A DNA stretch of 64,000 nt. Source: Macrostomum hystrix (Eukaryota; Animalia; Platyhelminthes). The position numbers and the translations under genes are program-made. The notes under the pieces are model-generated. The model did no database searches and was not told the origin of the DNA. It saw only the letters and a program-made list of their open reading frames with translations. Where the stretch lies: NCBI GenBank assembly GCA_950097015.1, contig CATNEN010000038.1, positions 16,616,001-16,680,000 on the forward strand, given 5' to 3'. Positions within the stretch are counted from its first letter, which is position 1; every line of letters begins with the position of its first letter. Shown piece by piece: positions 22,951 to 34,302 of this stretch.

Positions 22951-23267
22951 GAGCGAGACTTATAATCTAGTACACCCAAGTGTAAAATTGGTACAATTTT
23001 TTAAAATACCTTTCTATGTTTAATTTTTCCCTATTTTTGAGGCGAATCTGAAAAACAGCGTTAGTCTATCATTTGCGATAAAATCAAAGCAAATAACAAC
23101 TCGGATTTTTCAAAAATATTTATTTAAAAATTAGGACAAATTTGTTGACCATGAAAAATTGAGAATAAAAAACAACGCATAATTATTTTCAATAAATAAA
23201 TTAACAAGAAGTTCTCTCTTGATATTAAAGTTTAGATAATAACAACTGAGACTTTAATTCACATCAA

Positions 23268-24092
23268 TCACAGCTTAGCAGTTGGACGCCGGTTTGCTGC
23301 GACAAAATTTTCCAACGCTTTAGCATACTCCACTGGGTGCTGATAGTAGTGCGCAGCGTGTATGGATTTGGGCCAGCTGAGAGTGGTCACGTGATGACCC
23401 CGCCTACGCATAGCTGGCAACAATGCCTGCGCTAGTTGTTGCGTATCGCACAGCGAGTCATTCTCGCCGTAGATAAACAATAGCGGCGTTGGAGCCAGAC
23501 TAGTCTGATAAAATTCCACACTGCGCTGATAAAACTGCAGCGTAGAAGAATGAAAAGCTTTGAAATACGCTCCGATTAGGGACTCGGATGCCTGTCGGAG
23601 CAGTCTAGGCCGTACAGCATTGTCAACTAGGCCAGTGATCATGCGATCCACTCCGCCAAATACAATGCTATCCATTATCTGACCACGCAAACAGCCATTC
23701 AATAAAGAATCTAGTTGATTGGCCTGATTCTGTTCAGCCAATCGCATCTGGAACAGGGTCAACAAGTACGCGCCTACCGATGTGCCATGAAAGAATAGAT
23801 CTCTACCATCTAGCCAATCCTGTTCACTGAGGCACTGATGCAGCTCGGAAACGAATCCTAAGCCAGATTGCGGAGCTAGGAAATGCTTAGCCTGACCCTG
23901 AGCAACAATCACATCTAGGCCAATGCGGTGATAGAGTTCGATATATTTTCTAACTGGCGCATCTTTGGCTAGCAACCAGGGAAAGAATATTACTAAAGGG
24001 CGTTGAGCACTTGAAGAAATTTTGGCCGTGTAGAGTCTGATATTGCGCGATAGGACTACACTGCCGGTTTTAGCTGCTGCTGCTGCTGCCAT
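23268..24092 (-). CDS. TMEM53/DUF829-family alpha/beta-hydrolase-fold protein; likely start MAAAAAAK at 24092
   Basis: PLVIFFPWLLAKDAPVRKYIELY, FHGTSVGAY, GQIMDS, LFIYGENDSLC, WPKSIHAAHYYQHPVEY fit the DUF829 motif order. An acceptor TATTTTCAG lies 24 nt upstream of the ATG. Confidence 0.75.
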   Translation of the reverse strand: MAAAAAAKTGSVVLSRNIRLYTAKISSSAQRPLVIFFPWLLAKDAPVRKYIELYHRIGLDVIVAQGQAKHFLAPQSGLGFVSELHQCLSEQDWLDGRDLFFHGTSVGAYLLTLFQMRLAEQNQANQLDSLLNGCLRGQIMDSIVFGGVDRMITGLVDNAVRPRLLRQASESLIGAYFKAFHSSTLQFYQRSVEFYQTSLAPTPLLFIYGENDSLCDTQQLAQALLPAMRRRGHHVTTLSWPKSIHAAHYYQHPVEYAKALENFVAANRRPTAKL

Positions 24093-24724
24093 GCTGACGA
24101 GTTGAAAGAAATCAGCTGAAAATATAGTTAAGCAATAGCTAGTTAATATAAAGGAAAACATGAAACAGTAGGTAACAAAATACCTGTCCTATTTAACCAC
24201 TGACTAAGCCTAAATCTATAAGGTTAGGACATAGACAAAGAAACTGAGTGAAAAAAATACAGTAACGAGGGCTTAGACGAGTCGTTTTAATTACAAGAAC
24301 TCAATTGACAGTTTATTTATTAAAAAATACTTACAGAATGCAATGTGTGTGAGTGCATTGCGAAACATTCCACAATAGCTTAATTTATTTACAACAAGCT
24401 TTCCTAAAATACAAAAAATTACTTTACGATTTTTAAGAGCATCAAAAATATTGGAACATAAAACAAGACACCATTCATAAAACTAGTACCGACAAATGAC
24501 ATGAATAACCTACATTTTATTTATTAACAATTAAGGTAAAGGAAAAACAGCGTTCTTTTTAAACCTAAAGCAGAAAAATGTTTAAATATCACCAAAAACC
24601 GATTTATCAGTGATCACAAGCAATACAAAAGTTTAAGAATTTTCAATGATTTCCGATAAAGAATTTTGTGCCAAAGCATTGACATGTTTAATTGTCAATA
24701 TTGAATGGTACTCGAGATATCCAC

Positions 24725-25112
24725 AAATCTGGTTTTACGACGAATCGGGATTTCTACGAATTGAGATTTCTACGAATCGGGATTTCTACGATTCAGGATT
24801 TCTATGAATTGGGATTTCTAATATTCGGGTTTTCTACGAATCAGGATTTCTATGAAGTATGATTTCTACGAATCAGGATTTCTACGAATCAGTATTTTAA
24901 CGAATAGGGTCAGGGATTTTAAAGAATCTGGATTTCTAAGAATCGGGATTTCTACGAATCCGGATTTCTACGAATCGAGATTTCTAAGAATCGGGATTTC
25001 TAAGATTCAGGTTTTCAACGAATCAGGATTTCTATGAATTGGGATTTCTATGAATAAGGATTTCTACGAGTCAGTATTTTAACGAATAGGGATTTCAAAG
25101 AATCGGGATTTA
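24725..25112. repeat. 16-bp tandem repeat (GAATCGGGATTTCTAC)n
   Basis: Direct tandem units with moderate divergence. Confidence 0.9.
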
Positions 25113-25242
25113 GAAAAATAAGGAATTAGAAGAATCTATATTTTGGCTATTCATTTTTTGACAAACAAGCATACACTTTGGCAAGTTTTAACAAAAAGGG
25201 ATATTTTCTCATTTAATCAAGACCTATTATTGAAGCATAGAG

Positions 25243-25584
25243 TCAATTTGCTCTACGAAATAGCGAAAATCCAACATAGTAGACTAGAATAAAGCAAAAT
25301 ACGGCGCCGCCAACAATATAGCACATTAGCCTGCGATCGCTTCCAGCCTTATTAGCGAAACCTTTCACTCTGCCCAGCGTGTTCTCCAACAGGCCCTGAG
25401 CTGAGCCGAAGTCCGTGCCCATACCGTCTAGCACAGTGTTGGATCGCTTTACTTCAGCGTCGATATCTTTAGCGTGGCCGCGAAGGGCCGACAATTTAGC
25501 CGCTAGAGCTTCAGCTCGTTGGTCATTCTCGTCCAGAAGAGTCTGCTCATCGTGCCAGTCGTGCCTCGGCTTACCGTTGGGCAT
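25243..25584 (-). CDS. BET1L: BET1-like Golgi Qc-SNARE (GS15/BET1 family), intronless
   Basis: 113 aa: LLDENDQRAEALAAKLSALR..AKDIDAEV..SNTVLDGMGTDF....GLL..TLGRV SNARE helix plus a C-terminal transmembrane segment. Confidence 0.85.
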   Translation of the reverse strand: MPNGKPRHDWHDEQTLLDENDQRAEALAAKLSALRGHAKDIDAEVKRSNTVLDGMGTDFGSAQGLLENTLGRVKGFANKAGSDRRLMCYIVGGAVFCFILVYYVGFSLFRRAN

Positions 25585-25709
25585 TGCAAACTATCCGGTT
25601 TTAGTATAGTAACAAATACGCACTGAAACAAATTATTACTAATAGCGTTTTAGTTATCTTACACTTTATTGATTATACAATTTCGACTTCCCTATATAAT
25701 CTGTGCAAT

Positions 25710-26300
25710 TCTCATCTCTCCCGTGTCTAATCTCTCCCGAGTCTCCCGTGTCTCATCTCTCCCGTGTCTTATCAATCCCGTGCCTTATCTCTCCCGTGCC
25801 TAACCTCTCCAGTGTCTCATCTCTCCTGTGTCTCATCTCTCCTGTGTCTCATCTCTCCTGTGTCTCATCTCTCCCGTGTCTTATCAATCCCGTGTCTTAT
25901 CAATCCCGTGCCTTATCTCTCCCGTGCCTTACCTCTCCAGTGTCTCATCTCTCCTGTGTCTCATCTCTCCTGTGTCTCATCTCTCCTGTGTCTCATCTCT
26001 CCTGTGTCTCATCTCTCCCGTGTCTTATCAATCCCGTGCCTTATCTCTCCCGTGCCTTACCTCTCCAGTGTCTCATCTCTCCTGTGTCTCTTCCCTCCCG
26101 TGTCTCATGTCTTCCGTGTCTTATCTCGCCCGTGTCTTATCTCTCCTGTGTCTCATCTCTCCCGTGTCTCTTCCCTCCCCTGTCTTATCTATCCCGTGTG
26201 TCATATATCCTGTGTCTCATCTCTCCCGTGTCTTTTCTTCCCCGCGTCTTATCTCTACCGCGTTTCATGTCTACCATGTCTTATCTATACCGTGTCTCAT
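25710..26300. repeat. 16-bp minisatellite of the hAT-MITE type, no TIRs seen
   Basis: (TGTCTCATCTCTCC(C/T)G)n with a longer-period variant pattern. Confidence 0.92.
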
Positions 26301-26876
26301 TCTATGGAAGCAGCTTTCGGATTTTAAATAGCGTCTGTTATGCCACTGCTTGTTCTAACATCTGGCCCCACTGAATATTCATAAAAAATGGTTAAAAAAA
26401 GTTGGCTAAGTTTACCAATAGTTACATGAATATATTTACTAGATCTGTTAAGAGCATTTTTTCGCTTCGCAAAAAATGAGAAATTTTCTTAACTAAAAAA
26501 ACTGACATTGGGACACAGGACCCAACAGGTATACGCTAAAATAGCAGCTGAAACAAGATAGCAAGCAAACGCAGGTGAGGCTAGAGCTATTCGTAACAAC
26601 TGAAATGGAAAAATGTATTGGTTTTATTCTAAACTTCAAGAGCAAAACTACAGCTTTGGAAACGATAATACAAAAAGACAAAAGCTAAATTGTGTGCAAT
26701 TCTTTTCACTCACTAATACTGTATCAATCTAGACATTTCAGTTTCGCAGATTAATTAATAAAATTACGAAAATAACTAAAATATCAGCTGGCAACTCGAC
26801 TTTAAATTTCTGATTAATAGTACACAGTCAAAAACATTGTTTCGTTTCTTGGCAATATATGCTGAAACTTTATGTC

Positions 26877-27486
26877 AGGGGTCGGCAAACTCCGGCCCGC
26901 GGGCCAGATGCGGCCCTCGAAGCTCCCAAATCCGGCCAGTTGCCCCTTCCAACACCTATAGTATCCTGTCTCATCTCTCCCGTGTCTCATCTCTCCCGTG
27001 TCTCATCTCTCTCGTGTCTCATCTCTCTCGTGTCTCATCTCTCCCGTTTCTCATCTCTCCCGTGTCTCATCTCTCCCGTGTCTCATCTCTCCCGTGTCTC
27101 ATCTCTCTCGTGTCTCATCTCTCCCGTTTCTCATCTCTCCCGTGTCTCATCTCTCTCGTGTCTCATCTCTCTCGTGTCTCATCTCTCCCGTGTCTCATCT
27201 CTCCCGTGTCTCATCTCTCCCGTGTCTCATCTCTCCCGTGTCTCATCTCTCTCGTGTCTCATCTCTCCCGTTTCTCATCTCTCCCGTGTCTCATCTCTCC
27301 CGTGTCTCATCTCTCCCGTGTCTCATCTCTCCTGTGTCTCATCTCTCCCGTGTCTCATCTCTCCCGTGTCTCATCTCTCCTGTGTCTAATCTCGCCCTTA
27401 TATCATATTTCTATAATCAAAGCGGCCCGCTGTCGTCTTTTAGATTCTCTCTTTGGCCCGCCAGCTAATAAGTTTGCCGACCCCTG
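26877..27486. mobile_element. Second copy of the same hAT MITE
   Basis: Same TIRs and subterminal sequence; 8-bp TSD CTTTATGT; internal (TGTCTCATCTCTCCCG)n. Confidence 0.93.
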
Positions 27487-27699
27487 CTTTATGTAGTCCT
27501 AAAAAGGGCCGTTTCTAAAACTGCTTTTCAATTGTTTTTTTCCTGCTTCATATTTCATGCGTGCTACTATCAGTAGAGTTTTAAGTATTTTGTGAGGTAA
27601 GCTAATGCCTTAGCAGATCGATCGCTATGTTACAACTGATGGATAGATTCTGTTATATAAAATCCTCGCAAACGATAATAAAGCTTCATATATAGACGT

Positions 27700-30080
27700 T
27701 CAGTGCCCACGGACCTGCACCAGATACTGTACCACAGCGTCAACAACATCCTTGGTAGTGGCGCTGCCGCCCAGATCAGGCGTCCGAATGCCGGAGCGGA
27801 GTACGGACAGTACAGCGTTGCGAAGCTTTGTTGCATCGGCCGAATCGCCAAGATATTCCAGCATATCAGCCGTGGTTAGCAACAGCGCGGAAGGATTGGC
27901 AATATTCTTACCGCGAATGGATCGGCCAGAGTTTCGTGTGCCAGCCTCAAAGACGGCGTACTTGTTGCCAATGTTCATGCCGGCCGCGATGCCGGGACCG
28001 CCGACTAGGCCGGCGGCGATGTTGCCGATGATGTTGCCATAGAGATTGGGTAGCACCATCACGTCAAACTGTTGCGGCCTCGATACCAGCTGCATACAGC
28101 AATTGTCAACAATGACATCGCGAAATTCAATGCTGGGATAGTCGCGAGAAACATCCCGGCAGACGTCTAAAAACAGACCGTCGGATAGCTTCATAATGTT
28201 GGCCTTGTGCACGGCGGTGACCCGCTTGCGTCTAGTCTTGATTGCCGTGTCGAATGCAAATTTAGCGATCTGGCGGCTCTTCTTCTCCGTGATGATTTTG
28301 AAGCTCTCAACGACGCCGGGCACATTGAAGTGCTCCAATTGGCTATATTCGCCTTCGGTATTTTCGCGAATCACCAGGATGTCAATCTTGTCATAGCGGG
28401 AGGGCACACCTTCGATAGTTTTGCAGCGTTGCACATAGGCGAATAGATCTAGCTTGGTGCGTAGCAATACATTCTTGGATGTCATGCCTGGAAGATGCAA
28501 ATTTGAAAGACATCGGCTGTTAAAGCTTGAAATCCACAGTCCGTGGACTGAACAGCCGTACACTTATTACACTTAGTACATTATTATAAACAAATTAACA
28601 GCAGAACTAACAAGAGGAATTCTCCCCCCCTGATAATTTTTGTGCTACACCTGAACGGAGCAGAGCAAGCACACGAAAAGCTTGTCCTTCAGACCGTCGA
28701 GATATTCAATGATTCTGGCCGAAGGTCGGATTTTTCCAATAAGCGCTAGTGTATTTGATACACAAATTAGCACTGCGCCTCAGTGAGGCCTTGCCAGGCC
28801 TTCAATTATTTATCAGCATGTCACCCGAATGTGCCTGCATCATCTCCGTCTTCGGTGGTCACCTAACTTTAACTAGACGGACTGCTGGGCCTTCAATGGC
28901 CTCAACAGGTGGAACTAGGCCACTATGTACACCCTGACACGAGTTTCTCTAATTTCGCTGATCAAGCCTAAATATTAGGCGCAGCTCAACCACAGGACAC
29001 CATCGCCTAGTCTGTCAACCAATCATTCACACCCAATGCTGCTAGCATTCAGGCGCTCACAAAAATATATCAGGGATTCCCCCTTGGTATAAAAACGGGC
29101 GGCAAAATTGTTAAGTAGTTCTATTGTTAAATAGTAAAAAACAATCCGAAAAATCAATGAGTCAGCACGACAACGATGGGATGGTTCAGTTTACTTACCA
29201 CCCATGCCAGTGAAGTCCGTATTAGCTGAATGAAAAGAAAATTTATGGGATGAAAATGTGGTTAGATACTAATTACTACAGGATGGCATAACAAATTAAA
29301 GCAACTAATCACAAGTTGGTTGTGTTATTAAATTTAGAAGCCAACGGTTATACTAAAAGCTTGTAAAAATCACACGGTTATAATTCATTAAAGGTAATTA
29401 ATGCGCTTGAATTAATAGGACTTATTGATTTACTTGTCTTCACCACCAAAGCAGTGGTCGGCAGCCTTTACCCAATCACATCTCTTTATTTTCTTATCTC
29501 GCAACTTCACTATCTCTTTACAATCAATGCGGTCGTCACTTGTATAATCTTTTTAACTTGCGAAACATATTAAATTGTCGACCCCAGTTTTCAAGCTAAT
29601 TAGAAAAAACAAAGCAACTACCCTACTACTCTACTTACAGTAGAAACACTAGAAAATATGTAACTAACCTTCAAACGTTTCCAGATTGCCTTTCAAACCC
29701 ACGCCGTTGCGTTTCACTGACAGAATCGCCCGGCGCATGTCTTCATCGGAGCCACGCTCGGCTGACAACGAAATCTCTTCGAAGTCTATGGGCGAACCGG
29801 CGACATTGACGACTCGCTTCACGGAATCCATCAGCTCCGGCCCGATGCCGTCGCCGGGAATTAGCGACACGTGATGCCGGCCGCCGTATTTCGCCGCAGT
29901 CAGAATTCCGCCAGCTTCGAGGCCTTGATCGGCGTGCTGCAGAGAGGCTTCATGACTAGCAGATGGAGGAGTACCATCAGCGGCTGACGAGCTCAAATGT
30001 CGACTAAAGATAATGCGGCTGCCCTTGTTAGCCGCAGAACGAACAGCGCCTAGGCTGGCGCAGAGCAAACGCAGGGAGGC
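27700..30080 (-). CDS. IDH3G: NAD-dependent isocitrate dehydrogenase subunit gamma, mitochondrial; exons 29669-30080 and 27700-28487; initiator ATG lies elsewhere (see findings)
   Basis: AKYGGRHHVSLIPGDGIGPELM, IRENTEGEYS, VTAVHKANIMKLSDGLF, QFDVMVLPNLYGNI, NIANPSA, RTPDLGG. Arg/Ser/Ala-rich transit peptide ASLRLLCASLGAVRS. Phase-1 intron 28488-29668. Confidence 0.92.
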
Positions 30081-30339
30081 CTTAAAAGAAAATAATAAAA
30101 AAACTTTAATACTGTGAAGGTTACTTTTACAAGTCGAAATGTTTTTTGTGTAGTTAACTAAACTATTGATGTCTTACATACTTATTATTATATATTGTCA
30201 AAAGAAATATGAAAATTAGACCTAGCCTTACACCTACACCCAGTTGAGTAGGTTTTTTTAGACAAAACCCTTCTCTTGCAAGGAAATTTTAATTGTAATT
30301 AAAGGCTGTGTACAGCTGTTCAGTCCGTGGACAATGGAG

Positions 30340-30610
30340 GTCACAAACTGGTTTAATGCATTTGCATCTTGCACCAAGGTCCCTGAGCTCGATTCTGCAG
30401 AGATGCTACAGTATTTAATGGTAGAACCTACCTGCTAGGCAAAGTCAGTATACACTGCCAGTGCACAACCCAATTCTGTGTGCCTATGTATGATCTTTGT
30501 CTGAGTGTGTGTGCTCGGGAGTCAGTGTAATGGGCATAAATACCTCCTGTCTGGCTGCAGCCAACTATTTATATATGATGTATGCCAGTGCACGATAGCC
30601 TTCCTACAAA
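30340..30610 (+). mobile_element. SINE-B, CpG-decayed copy
   Basis: GCACCAAGGTCCCTGAGCTCGATTC..GTGTGTGCTCGGGAGTCAG..CTGGCTGC; most family CpGs replaced by TG/CA. Confidence 0.72.
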
Positions 30611-32919
30611 AAAATACAACTTATTTCGATGGAAATTACACTTAGATCTTCATACCAGTGTTAAAAAAACAATGCTGGTTTATTTACTTACTTAGATATT
30701 TTTTAAATAGTGATTTGTTGGAACATTTTTACCAAATTGTATACTATATACAACATACAGTACTGTAGTTTCTCTAACGTATTTTTAGCTTAAAAAATAC
30801 TAATTCTTTCTTACTTATTAGTGAATAAACAGTCAAATCATGTTTATATCAGTTCAAATACAGTATAGATGTAAGTATATGCTCAATTAGCTAGTTGGCA
30901 TAATACTTATACATACTTAGCAATTGATTTTGGCAACTAACAACAGACAATACTGCAATGGACAATACTACAATAACTTCCTGCAATGGATTATTTTATC
31001 AAAAACTAAAAAACCTCCCAACCTGCTTTACTGGCTAATTAGACATTAAATAAATTAAACTAATTAACAAATCATAGAACTCATAACTATTTTAAGGAGT
31101 TGTAGTTTGAAACTATTATTACTCAAATTTTATCAATAAAACTTAAATTATTTGGTAATTCCAAGACATTTAAACCATCAGGTGAACTGGAAAAATTCAA
31201 TTTAAGAACAGCAATAGCCCCCATTCCAATCATAGATCTAAACAAATTTTAATAAAAATATTTTGGCACGCACCTTTTCTTTATACAGGGGGAAAACTGT
31301 CAGTTATTAAATAAAGCAGACACTTTTTAGTAGAAGACACTTCTGACCTTGCATTTAATGCATGCCAGTAAAGATGCATGAAAGATGAATTGGCAGCCCT
31401 CTCAGACTATTGCATTGTTATGAGACACTGTGACTGAAAAGTCTCTATATAGATTCTAATAATTTTGGAAACAAACATTTTTAATCAGGGAAATTGGGGC
31501 TCTTATTAATTTTATATAAATTTATTGGGACTTTTAGCTGTTACAGAAGGACTTAGCAACATTTTTTCATGAAATTTAGAACCAAAAGCTCACAATTGAA
31601 ATTTCTGCTTTCTTTGTCTAAAAGTAAGCCAATTCAGTTAATACTTTTTTCTAGATCTACATTAAATGGTTCACTTATTTCAATAAATAAACAGTTCAAT
31701 CTTAGCCTTCTATATAATTTCAAAATCCAAAAAATAATTTTGGTAAATTTATTTGATTAGCAAATGACTTAGGTTCTGGAACACTGAGTCACTTAGTCAT
31801 ATACTAGTGATTATTATTTTGTAAATACAAAATGTGATAATATTGCTTGCTTGTTTGTTTGCCATTGACTAACATCCAAGTACTCAACGATTTTGTGCAA
31901 TTCCTTCACCAAAGGATGCCATATGGGTCAAAAATGGTACAAATATAGTTATTAAGTTTTATTTTTTTAAAAGTTTTTTTACATAATTGACATTTGTCAA
32001 TTTGATATAGCTATATAGAAACATGCTACATAGTATTTTTCTTATACACTTGAGCTCACTTGCTTTTTGCTAAAAATTAGCTGGATTAACAATAGGCCTA
32101 AATAGCTAAGCTATGCAACTGTGTAATTACATTATGATAATTGGTACCTAGACAAATTGTCCTCTATTTATATTATAGTCTATATACATGACTAAGTGCC
32201 CAAGAGACAGTGTGTGAAAGATTGTAATAATATATATGATAGGGAAGAGGCCTAGGAATCCACTATATGCCTATAGTCATATACACTATACTAATTTAAA
32301 GTGAATAGTTGAATTTTGAGCTTTTTACGAGCTATACATTTACAAAACCAAAATCTTTTATTGCATTTTTAATTGTTTTATTTTTTCTTTGTGATACAGC
32401 TTTGTGCTTCTGATTTTTAGGTAATCAATTTATCAAGAGGAGTGGAAACTGACACTGTTTATAATTTTGCAGTTAGATGCCATTATCAAGACAATACCAA
32501 TAGGCCTAAGGTAAGGTAAGGAGGGTAGATAATGAGTGTTTAAAGAGTGGATAATAAAGTCTTTCACATTTACAATATGACAAATTTTAAGATGAAAAAG
32601 GGCAAGATGACAGTGTCTAGGAACCTGACAATCAAACTGCAAGGACTTTGCCATATGCTACAAGACTTATTTTAGCCTACATTTCATTCAAGGCTACAGT
32701 AAGCCTAGCAGTGTGAATAAAAAGCTAGGCCTAAATATATAATTTGCTAGCTTTATCTGATTATCTTTATTAACACCAACATTTTAGTAGTTCAATTATA
32801 CAAAAATAATATAAGCTAAATACTGCAAAACATAGCATAGGCTGCATAGATAGCCATATATAGTCAACATAACATAAGATAATCTTAAAGGCCAAGGCAT
32901 AAAAAATTAAGTGTCCAGT

Positions 32920-33700
32920 GTCGTGTTTCTACTTTATTTTAATTAGCTACTTAATATAAAAAATTAAACGCTTTCCCTCACACGCTTGATCACAGTATTA
33001 TACGCTTGATTCTAGATTTGATTCCGTGTACGTGTATATTTCTTGGTAAGTTCTGTCCCCATTCGAAAATTTTGTCGAATAAAGTCGATTTCAAATTCGT
33101 GCATAAAGTATAACAAGTAAGTGCCTTATCGCCAGCTGTCCTATCGTACTAATCATATAAAGAATAGGTTAAACGATACAAAGATGTTGCCTGGCAAAGT
33201 GCAACAGTCTTCTTTGTAGTGGCTGCATATAAGACAATTCTCAATGCAACGCCAATCACCTGGGCGCCTTCTTTAAGACGACAGCAAGGACTTCGAATGA
33301 GTTAGTTCGATAGGCCATCTGTTGAAATCACCGTTGACACCATCCTGGGAGGGACGTTGGCCCTAAATCTCATGTCTGTGCCCGCTGTGGGTCAGAAATA
33401 CGAGCTACGTTTACTTTGGGCGCCATAGTAACGGAAACAGCAACGGATTACTTAAAAGTATAGAAATGGCAATATATAATAAACGAAATTATGCTTCTCG
33501 GAGCTTCTCGACCGACAACCCGTATGCTGTCCGCTGCTTCTTATTAAACGAATGTCGATCGATGATGCACGCCTGGCCATGATGCGATCGTTTTTTTGTA
33601 GGCAGTAGTCTTACTGTAGGCAGAATTTGAATGTTCAAACAATATGTTACCTTACCAATACGAAGCACTTCCTTTATACATGCATATATACATAACACAA
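32920..33700 (-). promoter_or_regulatory. CpG-rich promoter-like patch, candidate promoter for IDH3G and the downstream cluster
   Basis: Abrupt return of CpG dinucleotides after a CpG-poor tract. The minus strand carries GTTACTATGGCGCC (RFX half-site/YY1-like ATGGCG) at ~33419-33432 and a TATATA at ~33475. Function is inferred only. Confidence 0.4.
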
Positions 33701-34302
33701 GTGCATATCTATTGCAGTGTTGATCATGTGAAAAAATATAATGCGTACCTACATGGATTATTTACTTACGCCCATAATTAAAACCGACTAAAATATACAT
33801 GTGAATATTAATGTTAATTATGTAAGCAGCTGCATGTATTTTTGAACTTTGTAACATCGAATTTGGATTCAATTAAGTGATCAAATGCAAAAAATGCTAT
33901 ATTAAGCTAAGAGCTTTTTGGAGCACTTAGAGCACTAAGAGCACTATAAGAGCTTTTCTGATAAATAGCTCTCAGATTTTGATTTTAATGCGCTTTATTT
34001 AGATTAATTGTAACAGGAAAGTACGTAAATTGCAAAAAGATCGGCGATATTCTCATATGAAACAAGAGATCGACATTTCAACGAATTAAAGAACGATGGT
34101 AAAGACTTGTACGCTCGTAAAAGAAAGCATATTCAAGATAACTTTTATGCCACTTTAGACATCGAGCCTTATTCAAATCATAAAAAGAAATGTAGATAAT
34201 TGAAAACAGGTAAGATTCTCTATCGACATTTATAAAGCATTTCAGTGGTTACTGAACCCGTTGATTATTTTAGGCCGAGCTGCCTTCTAAAAGTGCATGC
34301 TG

